DNA of 63,669 nt, the filler included, from Octopus bimaculoides (lineage: Eukaryota), in assembly GCF_001194135.2 (NCBI RefSeq). It is 3 parts of 2 records of this genome, joined end to end, with 100 filler letters (N's around TTAATTAATTAA, not from the genome) between each part and the next. Parts side by side here need not be neighbours in the genome. Positions count along the whole stretch, not along the records: positions 33,425 to 63,669 come from NC_068986.1; 2 more parts are not named here. One strand, 5' to 3'. The position numbers were made by a program, and so were the translations under genes. The notes below the pieces were generated by a model. That model was not told the origin of the DNA, did not search any database, and saw only the letters and a list, made by a program, of their open reading frames with translations. Shown piece after piece: positions 36,156-49,074 of the stretch; within the stretch, counting starts at the first letter, position 1, and every line of letters starts with the position of its first letter.

Positions 36156-37106
36156 TTAATTTGTCCCCTAGTTTAATTCCAGTAGCTGGCACCTTCAGTG
36201 CCTTCAGTAAAGTCCATTCTGTTGCAAACATTTGAGCCTGGTCTCTAGTTTGAAGATATATTCCTTCCTATTCCCACCATTTTTGGAGGACTTTTGAAGG
36301 GCCATGGGCACCACCTTCCAAAGATTAAAAAAACTCCCAAAAATGTTATACAATCTTTTTTTTTTATGTTGTTTATAGAGTATTTAGTACTATATTTCCG
36401 ATAAGTCCTTTCCTACTTTTATTTTTTATAAAATTAGAATGTGATTAGTGAGAAATTTGGCAGTTATTTCTAGCAAGTTTAAGTGACCATGTTTGCTAAT
36501 TACTTTATTATTTGTGGTAGTGGTGGTGGTGGTGGTGGTGGTGGTGGTTGTGGTTGTGGTTGTGTTGGTAACTGCCTGTGTTGATGGCAACAATGGTGGT
36601 GTTAGTGATATTACATATAGTCTTTTGCATTTCATACTAAGTAATTAAAATTTTACGAGACAACTTCCAAACAAATGAAACAAACAATTGTACAAACCCA
36701 TGTTATATAAAAGTACAGAATTAAAATAATAATTATTAGCAAAGACAGAAATGAGGAATGGTGGTGGTGGTGAGGTGAGGGTGAAAAAGAAAAAGAAAAA
36801 ACCCTCCAAACAAATATAACAAAAAAAAAAACAAAAATAAAACCGAAAACCTAACACAAAAGCAATAGAGAATGGAGGTGGCAGTTTGTGGTGGCGGTAA
36901 GAGGTGGTGGCGCATATTGTGGTGATAGTTGGTTGGGCAGGAGAGGTAAAGGCGGGTGGAATAGAAATCTTTGAAATCTGACATTTGGAATAATTGATTT
37001 TCTGTTTAATTGAAATAAATAGAAATGAGAAGTCTAGCAATTTAATTTTTCAATCTCGCTCTTTCTCTCTCTCTCTCTCTCAATATATATGTGTGTATAT
37101 ATATAA

Positions 37107-37157
<51 letters not shown>

Positions 37158-37899
37158 ACAAGAACATATATAGATATGCACATATATATAGTTCACGTTT
37201 CCTTTTTTGGGGAATTTTATTTAAAATTTTTCACAATTTCAAATCTATTCAAAAATACACCAAGCAGATTCGGCACTGATTCTCTCTTTGCTATTGGCCA
37301 GCCTAAATTTGACTTGCCTTGTGGTTGTTGTTGGCCATTGTTTTCTTTTGTTTTTTTCTTTTTAGTGTTTAATTATTATTTTGTAAATACTTTGTTTCAA
37401 CTTTTCCTTCTTTTTCTTCCAATAACGGATATTATGGAATAATTTCTTTATTTATGCGGAGTGGCCTATAAATGTGACAACTTTTCAATTACTTCTTGTG
37501 AATTAATTAATGGCCAGTAAACTTGGTTAAATCTCTGGCTATTTGAAATTTATTGATGGAAATCTGTTTTGCTTTTTGCAAAAATTTGTTTTTTTTAAAT
37601 TTCATGTGTGTGTGTGTGTGTGTGTGTGTTTGTGTTTATGCATGTACATGCATGTGTTTTGTGTATGTACATGTGTGTGTGGATATGATCATGTATGTGT
37701 ATACATTTCTGTGCTTTGTATATAGGTATTAATGAATTGTGTACTATGTATTCTATGTGAGTATAAATATGTGTGGTTAAATGTATATATATACATATTT
37801 GTATGAGTGTGTGTGTGTGTATACATTTGTTTATGTATTTGTGTATGTACATTTGTGTGTATATGTATACATGTATATGAGTCTCCATATGCATCATCA

Positions 37900-38070
37900 A
37901 ACATCATTTAATGTCTGCTTTCCATGCTGGTATGGATAGGACAGTTTGCCAGGGAAATGGCAAGCTGCAGGGTTGTATCGGCATAGTTTCTATGGCTTAA
38001 TGCCCTTCCTGGTGCCAATCACTTTACAGATTGTATAAGGTGCTATTTTTGTGCCACTGGCACTTGTGAG
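37900..38070 (-). mobile_element. RTE-tail element related to the family-E 3' end; similar pieces at ~42850-42975 and 50070-50265
   Basis: catcatc...tttccatgctgg...atgcccttcctggtgccaatcactttacaga...tgtgccactggcac. Confidence 0.7.
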
Positions 38071-38503
38071 GTTGCTATGTAATTTGCAAGATAGAAAAGA
38101 ACAGAGAAGGCAGAGAAGGAAAGGAATTTAAAAGTTCCCACTACTAAGAAGTATTCGGGAGGGAAACTTAATGGCTGTATGTCTGGTATTGAAAGGCTAA
38201 AGTTTGACAGAGGGACAAGCACAGGTGTCTTATGTGTGTTGTGTTTCATATTATTTATAGTTTCATAGAAGTGAAATACAAAAAAAAAAAAATCCTCCAG
38301 ATCATGTGGGTGCTTGGTTCTGAGTTACAAGGTTTTCTTTCTAGATATGACTGGTTTTCATTGGCTGATGATTGAGGCTCATGTTCACTTACTTGTTCAG
38401 GTCATGTAATGGAATTTGTGGCTGTTAACTGCTATTGTGTAAAACTGCTACTGGCTTGTGATGAACTAGGTGGTTGGTGACTGCTACTGTATGGAAGGTA
38501 ACG

Positions 38504-38713
38504 TTTACACTTTAGCATTTAAACTGGCCATATCCAACTGTTTTGTGTTCACATTGGCTAAAACTGGCCTCTCACACCTATCCCACAATGTTATTCCAAA
38601 AATATATAATCACATCATTGGAATCTTGAAGCTACAAGATAATGTAGGATTAACTCAAAATAATGTGGCGAAATATGCATTACATTTGACAAAGAAATCT
38701 GAATGCTAAAGGG
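38504..38713 (-). mobile_element. piggyBac-type MITE, second copy
   Basis: Reverse-orientation match to 35937-36155, ending GCTAAAGGG|TTAA. Confidence 0.8.
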
Positions 38714-38771
38714 TTAATATGCTGTGCAAAAGTAGTCTTCTTTGTTCTCCTTAGAAATTCCCGAATTAAGA

Positions 38772-38897
38772 GCCTGCCAGAGCTTCGTGGAGCTTTAGGT
38801 GTTTTTGCTCAATAAACACACATAACGCCTGGTTTGGGAATCGAAACCGCGATCCTCCGACCACAAGTCCGCTGCCCTAACCACTGGGCCATTGTGC
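38772..38897 (-). mobile_element. Family-C tRNA-derived SINE head (no body)
   Basis: Minus strand has A-box TGGCCCAGTGG and B-box-like GGTTTCGATTCC, then gtttattgagcaaaaacacctaaagctccac as at 56593-56660. Confidence 0.82.
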
Positions 38898-39451
38898 TTT
38901 CACTCTTGAATTGTATAGGGTGGTATAAATCTTGAAGAGTTAGGCCACCCTATACAATGAATCAAATGCGTGTGTGTGTGTAAAAATATGAAAGATACAA
39001 TAAATTATTGATGATAATAGACTTTACTCTTTCTGGTGAGAGTGATTTGCTTTGCTCAGCTATGGGGCATCAGGATTTATTCTGCCTATATATAATACTT
39101 TCTGATGCAGTCTAAATACTCCAGGGCCTAAAATACTCCAGGCTGAGTACGTGAAGAAACAATTATCTGTGAGTGTAAAGGGTGGCTGCAGAAGTTTGAA
39201 CATGTAATTTAGTGAGTGTAAGGTCCTGATGATTAATTGTTGCTGAAACAGGGAAATGTCTCACAGTCGGGTTTGGTTGTGTTTATTAAATGTAATCTGA
39301 GAGATTTACAGCTCACAGCATAATCATCTAAGGGCAGATAATTGGGAGAAATCAATATTATAGATCTGGCCAACATTTGCCAAAAGGATTTAGGAGAGAA
39401 ATCTGAAACAACTCAAAATTCTCAGAAGATGCATGTATATGCATGCACGCG

Positions 39452-39539
<88 letters not shown>

Positions 39540-40124
39540 TTGCTAGAATGGAGGATACTCAAATATACTTTACAGTTAATATTTTGGATAGATAAATTCA
39601 TAGGATTTATCTATCCAGAATAATGCTATTGGAATGAAAAGTAGATTCTGAACAACCTATTAAAGTCCTTATAATCTTTGGATCAATTCATAATAAATCT
39701 GATTATGCGGGCTTATTAATCAATACCAGTCTGTTGAAGATGTCTCATTTTTTTTCTATCCTCCTTAGTTTTCTCTTAGATATCATAAGTAGGTTTATCC
39801 ATTGCCACCCACTTTAAGTGCTTTTTTTCTCAATGTTTCCTATGTTTACAAGTTTTAGTGTTTTTAAAAATTGTGAATGTTGGCTCTCAAATGATTTCTT
39901 CCCTCCAGATGTCCAACTTTAAGATTAGTACTCCATTCCTGTAATTTGCTTAATGAGTATTTGAATAATTGGCTTTGGATAGTTGGCTCTATTAGCCACT
40001 ACCCTTCACTGTACAAACATCTTGAATTCAAAGGGGGTAGAGAGCAAAAAAGATATTCTGTACAGAAAGTTTGATGTTGATGCTGCCTACATTGTTTTCA
40101 GCCTACCATAGCCAACCATAGCCA

Positions 40125-40320
40125 ACCACTCCCATACAAGGAGTGTCATTCATTTCAAAATATTCAGTGCAAATATGTCTGTCCTTGGGGGAAATATTAC
40201 TTTGCTGGTGGGTTGTCGACATGAAGGGCATCTGGTCATAGAAAATCTGCTCCAATAAACTCCATCTGACCCATTAAGTCATGGAAAAGTGGACATTAAA
40301 ACAGCAACAATGATGATGAT
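40125..40320 (+). mobile_element. F-type (RTE-tail) SINE 3' part
   Basis: ggggaaatattac...gaagggcatctgg...catggaaaagtggacattaaaa...gatgatgat. Confidence 0.78.
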
Positions 40321-40639
40321 GAACAATCATGTTGGGGCTCTTGCATTAGCTTGTGTCTTGTTATTAGAGGCGGTGTCATCATTAGTGTCTGATATTATTG
40401 ATGCTGGTTTGGAGAAGTGGTGCTGGTGGTGAGAATTGTTCCTTGCACATGCATAATACTAATATTTGAAGAAGAGGGTTATAATCTATCAAATTAACTG
40501 ATATTTAATTTATTGATTCCATAGGGATGAAAATGGACTTTGAATGAAAGATTATACTGTTATGCATTCAGTCTGGTTCAGCAATCTTCTCCTTCATTAG
40601 GGTAATTATAGTCACCCTCATTTTAGTCATTAATGATGA

Positions 40640-41476
40640 TAAATAATACTTTCTACTTGAGGCGTGAAATTTTGGGGCAGGAGGCTAGTTGATTACATTG
40701 ACCTCAGTATTCAACTGGTATCTATTTTATTGACCTCAAAAGGTTGAAAAGCAAAGTTGACCATGGTATAATTTGAACTCAGGACATAAAACTAGAAGAA
40801 ATATCATGAAGCATTTTGTCCAGTATTGTAATAATTCTGTAAGCTTGCTACCATAATAATAATAATCCTTATCTTTGGCACAAGGCCAGCAAATTTGAGG
40901 AGTGGTGAACTGTGAAGAGTGCTCAACTGGTACTTATTTTATTGACCCCAAAAGGATGAAGGGCTAAGTCAACCTTGGCAGTATTTGAACTCTGAATGTA
41001 AAGACAGATGAAACGCTGCTGAGCATTTTGTTCAGCATGTCAAAGGCACAAGGCCTGAAATTTTGTGGGAGGAGGTCTAGTCCATTACATCAATTTCAGT
41101 GCTCGACTGGTACTTAATTTATCGTCCCTGAAATGATGAAAGGCAAAGTTGACCTGGGTGGCATTTGAACTGAGAATGTAAAGATGAATGAAATACTGCT
41201 AAGCATTTTGTCTGGCATGCTAACAATTCTTCCAGCTTACCACCTTAATACTAATAATAATGGCTTCAAATTTTGGCATAAGGCCAGCAATTTTAGGAAG
41301 AGGGTGTAAGTCGACTACATCGATCCCAGTACACAACTGGTATTTATTTTATCAGCTGTGAAAGGATGAAAGGTAAAGTTGACCATGGTGGAATTTGAAC
41401 TTGGAAAGTAATGACTTGGAAGAAATGCTGCAAAGCATTTTATCCTATGTATAAATGATTTTGCCAGCTTGCTACC

Positions 41477-41478
<2 letters not shown>
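40640..41478 (-). mobile_element. Four head-to-tail family-D SINE copies
   Basis: Copies at ~40640-40853, 40870-41040, 41043-41247 and 41260-41478, all in the same orientation. Short TAA spacers separate them, except between copies 2 and 3. Confidence 0.9.
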
Positions 41479-41521
<43 letters not shown>

Positions 41522-43099
41522 GTATTGATTTCTTTTAATGACATGAGGCCCAAATATTCCAAGCAAGAGATATAGGAAACTGTGGTTGCCATGCTATTCT
41601 GAAGGATATTTCTACAATTGAATGGAGCTCTTAGACACATCAATTGGAACTGGGTTGAGTCGAGTGTCATCTAATATGACACTAATGATATTTACAAAGA
41701 CACTGTATAAATATACATATACTACAGTTGTTATAAATATACATATATCGGTTGTTAATGTTACAGACAATTAAAAGACGACACACACACACACACACAC
41801 ACACACATGCACTGGGATATATATATAATGTATGGATACATATTTATTCTTTGCATTTATTTATCTGCTAGCAGTTTATGTATCTGTTGGGTCATTTAAC
41901 ATTGTCGTTATTATTGTTAATGTTACAATCACTTCCCGTGTTAGACACTAAAATCCCCTTATGGTTATGTTTGTATTTATTATACACTCTTGCAATTTAC
42001 TGTCAATAAACTTGATTTGCCAAAGCTAGATATCCATGTCATTTTCAGAAACTTGTCATGACTTTTATAGACTCAGGCAAGCTGAATTTTCTAATGTGCG
42101 GTGTGGGATTAGTCTAGGCAGAGCTAGGGGAATATAAATATTGACTAAGCTAGACAAAGTTCTTCAAAAAGGATTGTCAGTCATTCAGAGAATATCAAAC
42201 AACTTCTGGCTTTAGGTTAAATTAATATTTGAAGAAATTGAGCCAAGCCCTGTTTTATCTCCAGAGATTCCAGACTGTTAATTTATGAGCTTAGATGGAA
42301 TCATTATCTGGCATCTATCCCAGTACTCTTCTCAACTCTTAATTTCAACATACATCTCTTGTAGAATTATCTTTTATTAGCATTCCTTACTACATAAAGA
42401 AATGTTGAAAGTTGTATACTCCCCTTTTACATTTTATCTCTTGATTTACACACTCATCAGAAGCCACAGTTCATTCTTTAAAATACATTACTTTTGGTTG
42501 TATAAATTAGTTAAACATATGTAATTTTTGTTTTTGTTATTTTAAATTTTATTTTTGTTTCTTTTGGTTGCTTTTTCATCTTTTACACCACCTCTTTAAT
42601 TTAATGATCAAAAAAAAAAAATTTTTTTTTTTTTTGCCTCTATCATGTTTGACTTGTATGTTGAGTGAGAAGAATGCAGTAACATATATCTTACATTACT
42701 CTGCTGGCATAATCCTCATTTCAGCTTCTGTGATGTCAGTTATAAAACTGGTGTAGTTTAATCTATATATCATAGTCTGCTTTCATTAAAACTCTTTTAA
42801 TTTCTAAATTCAAAACATATTCCTTGTGTGTATTTGTGATTGAGATCATTATCATCATCGTTTCTATGTTAGCATGGGTTTTAAGGTTTGACAGGATCTA
42901 ATGAGCCAGAGGACTGTGTCACACTTCAATACCTTTTTTGGCATTGTTTCTACAGATGGATACCAACCACATTACAGTTTATACTAGGTACTAGTTGCGA
43001 GACAAGACCCCCTCAACTGAGTAGGGTATAATATTGAAGGAGGTGTGAGTATAATAGAGGGACAAGAACAGGGGTCTTGCTGAAGAGAATTCTCATTTG

Positions 43100-43440
43100 T
43101 TCATTTTTACACTCGTTTTTTCCATGCTGGTATGGGTTAGTGGGTTAGATGAATATGATATTGAAACAATTATTTCAAATCAGATCCTTCCTATCACTAA
43201 CTCTCACCAGTGTTTCAAGTATAGAGTCTCTTATTCTACACATCTTCAAAAGCACAAAGCCAGCAGATAATTGCTTGGCAGGGAAAATGTCAACAAACGA
43301 AGGGCATTCTACAGATTCTGTCTCTTAATTTCATTCACAAGACATTAGTTGGCCCACAACTACAGCAGAAGACATCCAAGGTGCCGCAAAGTGGGAGTGA
43401 ATGTCAGAAACCATGCAGCTTTAAAGCAAACTTCTGATAC
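43100..43440 (-). mobile_element. Degenerate family-A head with an RTE-type tail
   Basis: tttccatgctggtatgggtt...ccaaggtgccgcaaagtggga...agcaaacttct. Confidence 0.6.
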
Positions 43441-44814
43441 CCCCCCCCTCACACACAGAGTAGTATCCATCAACTTTTAATCTTCATCAATTTTGTTTGT
43501 AGTTTACAATTTCAATTGCAAGATTATTGATTTTGACAAATCATCTAAGTAGCCATTAATGTTAGATAGCTTCCTACAATCTTGTAATTTGTTTGGTAAT
43601 GATGGTATTAGTGGTGAAGGTGGTGGCTATTTCTCATGTAGATGCCAGGCCTACAATTTTTGGGAGGTGGTTAGTTGATTAAATCAACCCTAGATTTGGC
43701 AGCAATCTTTCCTGTAAACTGTACACTTGCACATACACAGATTTTACTACTGCAAAAAGAAAATTTGCGCATGCAAGGTTTTTGAGATGAAATTAGATTT
43801 TTTTTAAATTGAAGAGGCGTACGTATATGGATGTGCACATAACTGCACAAAGAAAGACAAAATTTGCACAGAAGCAAATTTCTATGCACACTCACAACAT
43901 TTATGTATGTAGTGTGCCTGTTCTTAACTGGAGTACTTTAAAAGCCATGGGGAAATCCTGAAACTGAAGAAATTGATGATGATGCCTCTTTTGAGGTACC
44001 TTGTAGTTTGGATAATAAAGGGATTTATGAGTATAAGTATGACCCATGCTTCTTCATCTTTTGCTGAAGCTAAATGGGTTTCTGTTAGGTATAACTAGGT
44101 TGTGACGTACACAATGATTGTTGAGTAATACACTGGTTTTTTGGTCTGATAATCAAATACATTTCAGATTTATTTCCAGTTGAGTTCTAGTTGCTATTAT
44201 CTGCTTCACTTTCATTAGAATTCAAAAAGAAATCTTTGAGGTGCTTTGTGATAAATAATACATCAAGAAACTTGTATAAATATTAATTAGGAATTTCAGG
44301 TTCACATACTTAATTTTCTTACAAAATGCTTAGTCAATATGCTTTTACTCTACACACTAAATTATATAAATGTATGCATGTGTATCTGTGAAGATACACA
44401 CTTCCACCAATACACACCTTGCTATACTTCGTTGAATTAAAGAAAATCTACATAAGTCATTAACATAAGTTATTTGTGATGAAACAGATCTATAATTGAA
44501 AACTTTCTAGTCATAATGATTCTGTATTTTATTCAGAAATAATCCAATGTTCTTATTATTAGTAGTATTTAAACAATGGTAGTATGTAATTTTGGGTAGA
44601 TTTGCCTGCTACTTCTAGCAGGTTTAACAACTGCTTAGTGGCTCCCCTTATTGCCTCAACATAATATAAATTCCGCTTACATATAAGTCCTTCTACTGAT
44701 ATTAGTTCAACTTAAGTTCTCCAACTAATTTTGGGTAAGTCCTTCATGTTATAAATTAATTGAGAAACCAATTTAAAAAAAAAACACAGGAAAGTGTTCC
44801 GCCTCCTCCTCACC

Positions 44815-45275
44815 TCCCCTTCCTGTTGCCAATCTCCACTTTTCCAGGTGAGGTAATAATCCACCAGTCTATCAAGCAACAAACAGCCTGGACATGTTTA
44901 CATGGAGACCTGGAAACAAACGACACCATATAAATGTGCTCTTTGTTTACAAAGATTGCACAACATGTTAACAAACTTGAACATGCTTTTGCAGTTAATT
45001 GTAAGCAAATGACACCTTGCTTACAATTGCTTTACATTTCGTAATTGAAACACATGTAGATGTGACAAATACAAGCTGACAGACACATGTGTGCGTGCAG
45101 ACACAACTGTACATATACCCTATGGTCTTCTTTCAGTTTCTTTCTACTATAGCTACTCATGAGGTTTTGGTTAATTCTTGGTTATAGTAGAAGACACTTC
45201 CCTAGTTACCATTCAGGGAGTGAACTTGAAACCTCATTGCTGGCAAGCAAACTGCTTGTATATAAGCTATATGCA
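44815..45275 (-). mobile_element. Family-A head, microsatellite hinge and partial F tail
   Basis: ggacatgttt...tggaaacaaacgacacc (F), then ttctttcagtttc...gttatagtagaagacacttcc...agcaaactgctt (A). Confidence 0.65.
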
Positions 45276-46245
45276 TATATAAATAAATAAACTATACATT
45301 GACACCTTTATTTCTCTTTGTATGCCTAAACACGCATTGATGTGCTCATACACAAACACAGCACTACATTTAATTAATTTTGCAATTGGCTTGGAATCGC
45401 CTGAATTTAAATTATTCACTTGATAATACAATGTGGTAAAGCTGAAACATTATGCAGCTGTTGGACCAGATCAAAATCATTCCAGGAGAGATTATATGAC
45501 GTGACATGAGCCAAAGTAAAGTTTTCAGATCAAAAAAACGAGGTGATTGGGTCATGTTGGATGAAAATAAATCATGGAAAGTTGAAAAAATATGTTAAAG
45601 CCTGTTCTTTGTGTGTGTGTGTGTGTGCACAAAGGTGGGTGTAGATACTTCATGGTGTTTAATTCCTAACCATGAGGGTATAGATTTTAGAATGTATTGA
45701 CAAGGAAATGAAATTGACTTAAAACAGATGCTGAAGTTTGCATTTTACATGACAGTGCTTGGGAGGAGCTCTTGCTCGTTAGACTAAAGCAAGTTTGCTG
45801 ACCTGTAATGATGAAGATGCAGAACGAATTCAGTTGGCTGCGAAATGTCTCGCTAAATTTCTGATTTATTGCAATATGATGCCAGCAATCCTTCTGATTA
45901 AAAACAAAACAAAAAAATAAAATAAAATAGAATAAAATATGATAACAAAAAAATAAAAATAAATTTTGACACCATTATAATTAAGCAACGGTATGATTAT
46001 TCATATATTTAACTGGATTTTAATCCATCGATCATATCTCTAGTTAATTAGCAAGTGGAGTCTTTTCCTTTTCATTTTCATTGTATATGAATGTATGTAT
46101 GTATATATATGTGTGTGTTTTGTTTTTGTTGTTGTAATAGTTGTGTTTCAGTCATCCCACCCACCTGTCACCCTCCTTTATTTTCTGTTCTTTGACTGTA
46201 TGATTTAAATATGTTTCTGCTGGTGAAATGCATTATGCGTACATT

Positions 46246-46302
<57 letters not shown>

Positions 46303-47279
46303 NNNNNNNNNNNNNNNNNNNNNNNNNNNNNNNNNNNNNNNNNNNNNNNNNNNNNNNNNNNNNNNNNNNNNNNNNNNNNNNNNNNNNNNNNNNNNNNNNN
46401 NNNNNNNNNNNNNNNNNNNNNNNNNNNNNNNNNNNNNNNNNNNNNNNNNNNNNNNNNNNNNNNNNNNNNNNNNNNNNNNNNNNNNNNNNNNNNNNNNNNN
46501 NNNNNNNNNNNNNNNNNNNNNNNNNNNNNNNNNNNNNNNNNNNNNNNNNNNNNNNNNNNNNNNNNNNNNNNNNNNNNNNNNNNNNNNNNNNNNNNNNNNN
46601 NNNNNNNNNNNNNNNNNNNNNNNNNNNNNNNNNNNNNNNNNNNNNNNNNNNNNNNNNNNTTGGTTATTATTTACCATCGTTTTTTTTTGTTTGTTTTTGT
46701 TTTTCTTTCTCCTCTTCTTTAATTTGCTGAAGTGAACTGTGAAATTAATTTTATTAAAAAGGATTAGAAAAACCTTGTTGCTTCACATGATACTTTTGAA
46801 TAAGTTTTTATTTTGTTTTATTTTTTTTTTGTTTTATTATTTTTTTTTTTAGAAGTTAGGGGAGCGAGAAGCCAAATCAAAATAGATAAGCAAAAAAAAA
46901 ATAAATAAATAAAATAAAATAAAGAAGCAGTAACGCACAACAAAGAAAACAAAAGCAAATAAACAAAGATGAACAAGTGAATAACTGAGCCAATCAGCTA
47001 TCATTTAAACAACGTTGCATTCAACCATCAGACAGCAGCATGCATTTACTGTGCCAACCAGCTTTATAAAAACACACACATGCTAACACTCACCCACCCA
47101 CACACGCACAGTGCAGATGCACATATGCACATGAAACCCACACACAAATGTGTGTATGCATGTATGTATGGATATACAGAAATGGATATATAATTGTGAG
47201 TTTACATATTTGTGTACATACATGTACATTCATACACTTCATACACGTATGCATATGTACACACGTATACCAAGACACA

Positions 47280-47325
<46 letters not shown>

Positions 47326-47362
47326 ATATGTGTGCGTGCGTATGTATATATATATATATGTG

Positions 47363-47413
<51 letters not shown>

Positions 47414-48307
47414 CATTTGCATTAAATGATGATGATGATATATATGTGTATTTCTGTGTGTGTGTGTGTGTGTATATATGAATGTATATTTGACAGCAGT
47501 TTATTGTTATTCGTATGATCTCATTTAAATAAAATCTAAAAAAAAATATATCATGACACAAATGATTCTATTTGATTGCTTTCATTCAAGCACAAACATA
47601 TACATTCCATCTGTCTCTATAGCTTTCTCTCTTATGCCCTATGTCTATGAGTAAATACATATACATATATATATATATATGTATGCATATTTGTATGTGT
47701 GTATAAAATCATTTAACTTTGCATGAATATGCAAGTTATAGCTTCAGGTATTTATTTGTATTTTGAATTTGATTTACCCCACCCCCACTCTCTTGCACAC
47801 ACCGTACTCACCCAGCCTGCCATCACAGAAAGATAATTCTGTGTAATCTATTTAAAATAATTCTCAATTGTTTGCTGTTGGTGTATTCTGTAGCTCTGGC
47901 ACCTGCTCAATACAATATTTTGTGAGGTATTGTTTGGTACTAGCTTCTGTATTTTCATTGTTCAATTTCTCTATAATTGTGAATAAAGAGGTATAAAAGT
48001 GACAAAATAATTAAAATGTTGTTTGTGTGTGAAGGCATGCAGCCTAGAGGTTATGGTACTGCATTCACATTCATTAGATCATGATTTCAATTCTTAGACT
48101 GAGCGTGCATTGTATTCTCGAGTTGAGTTGTGTGAATTTTGTTTTTCATTTTATGTTGCTCCAGTCTATCTCGCTGTAAATATGTTGGGAAGTTAACCTT
48201 ATGGTGAACCAGTGTCCCATTCAGGAGGCATGTCGCTATATTAGTCGCTTATACGCTGCAGAAATTGTATTAAGCTTTGGGCCCATGACAAAACTGAGTA
48301 TAAGTAA

Positions 48308-48347
<40 letters not shown>

Positions 48348-48349
48348 AT

Positions 48350-48538
48350 GGCAGGGACAAAAATATGGCTCAGTGTTTGAGAAGTTTGCTTTGGAATCAT
48401 TGGGTCTTGGGTTCAGTCCCATTGCATTGGATCATGGGCAAGTACTTTCTACCAGAGTCTTAAGCTGACCCAAGCCTTTTGAGTAAAATTAGGTAGATGA
48501 AAACTGTGTAGAAGCCCATCAGATGAACTGTATCTGTA
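48350..48538 (+). mobile_element. Family-A SINE head running into a gap
   Basis: gggttcagtccc...catgggcaagtactttctac...ccaagccttttgagt...gaaaactgtgtagaagccc. Confidence 0.75.
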
Positions 48539-49074
48539 NNNNNNNNNNNNNNNNNNNNNNNNNNNNNNNNNNNNNNNNNNNNNNNNNNNNNNNNNNNNNN
48601 NNNNNNNNNNNNNNNNNNNNNNNNNNNNNNNNNNNNNNNNNNNNNNNNNNNNNNNNNNNNNNNNNNNNNNNNNNNNNNNNNNNNNNNNNNNNNNNNNNNN
48701 NNNNNNNNNNNNNNNNNNNNNNNNNNNNNNNNNNNNNNNNNNNNNNNNNNNNNNNNNNNNNNNNNNNNNNNNNNNNNNNNNNNNNNNNNNNNNAGACCAC
48801 TTGTGTGTAGAGATTCCACTGAAATATCACTAATTATTTTTTCCAAGTTCAAGCTCTCTTCCTCTAATTAGATCATTAATAAATAATAATAAATAACATC
48901 ACCAAATTCTAACTCACTGCTTGAGATAATGACTGCCATGATGTTTGAAAATCGAAGGAAGAGAAATCTAAAGAAATTCACTTCAAAAAATGCCAAAAAT
49001 AAATGCACATTGTGCAAAGAAGCAGTCTTTGATGGGAAGTTTTTTTCTAAAATGAGGTGTTTAGTTTCTGTTTT

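Noticed and set aside
38820-38897. Bona fide tRNA gene (also the heads at 15215, 25629 and 55430)
   Set aside because: A and B boxes are present, but I could not form a complete cloverleaf or acceptor stem, and each runs into repeat sequence. They are SINE heads.
42841-42850. TGAGATCATT matching the 5' end of bantam miRNA
   Set aside because: It lies in the (CAT)n tail of an RTE-type element, and there is no precursor hairpin or 3' match.
43718-43905. Possible MITE with AAATTTGC/TGCAC motifs
   Set aside because: I could not define TIRs or a TSD, and there is no second copy in the window.
45722-45800. Peptide EVCILHDSAWEELLLV resembling a nuclear-receptor ligand-binding helix
   Set aside because: The frame is closed by stops on both sides, has no fitting splice sites, and no other receptor exons were found.
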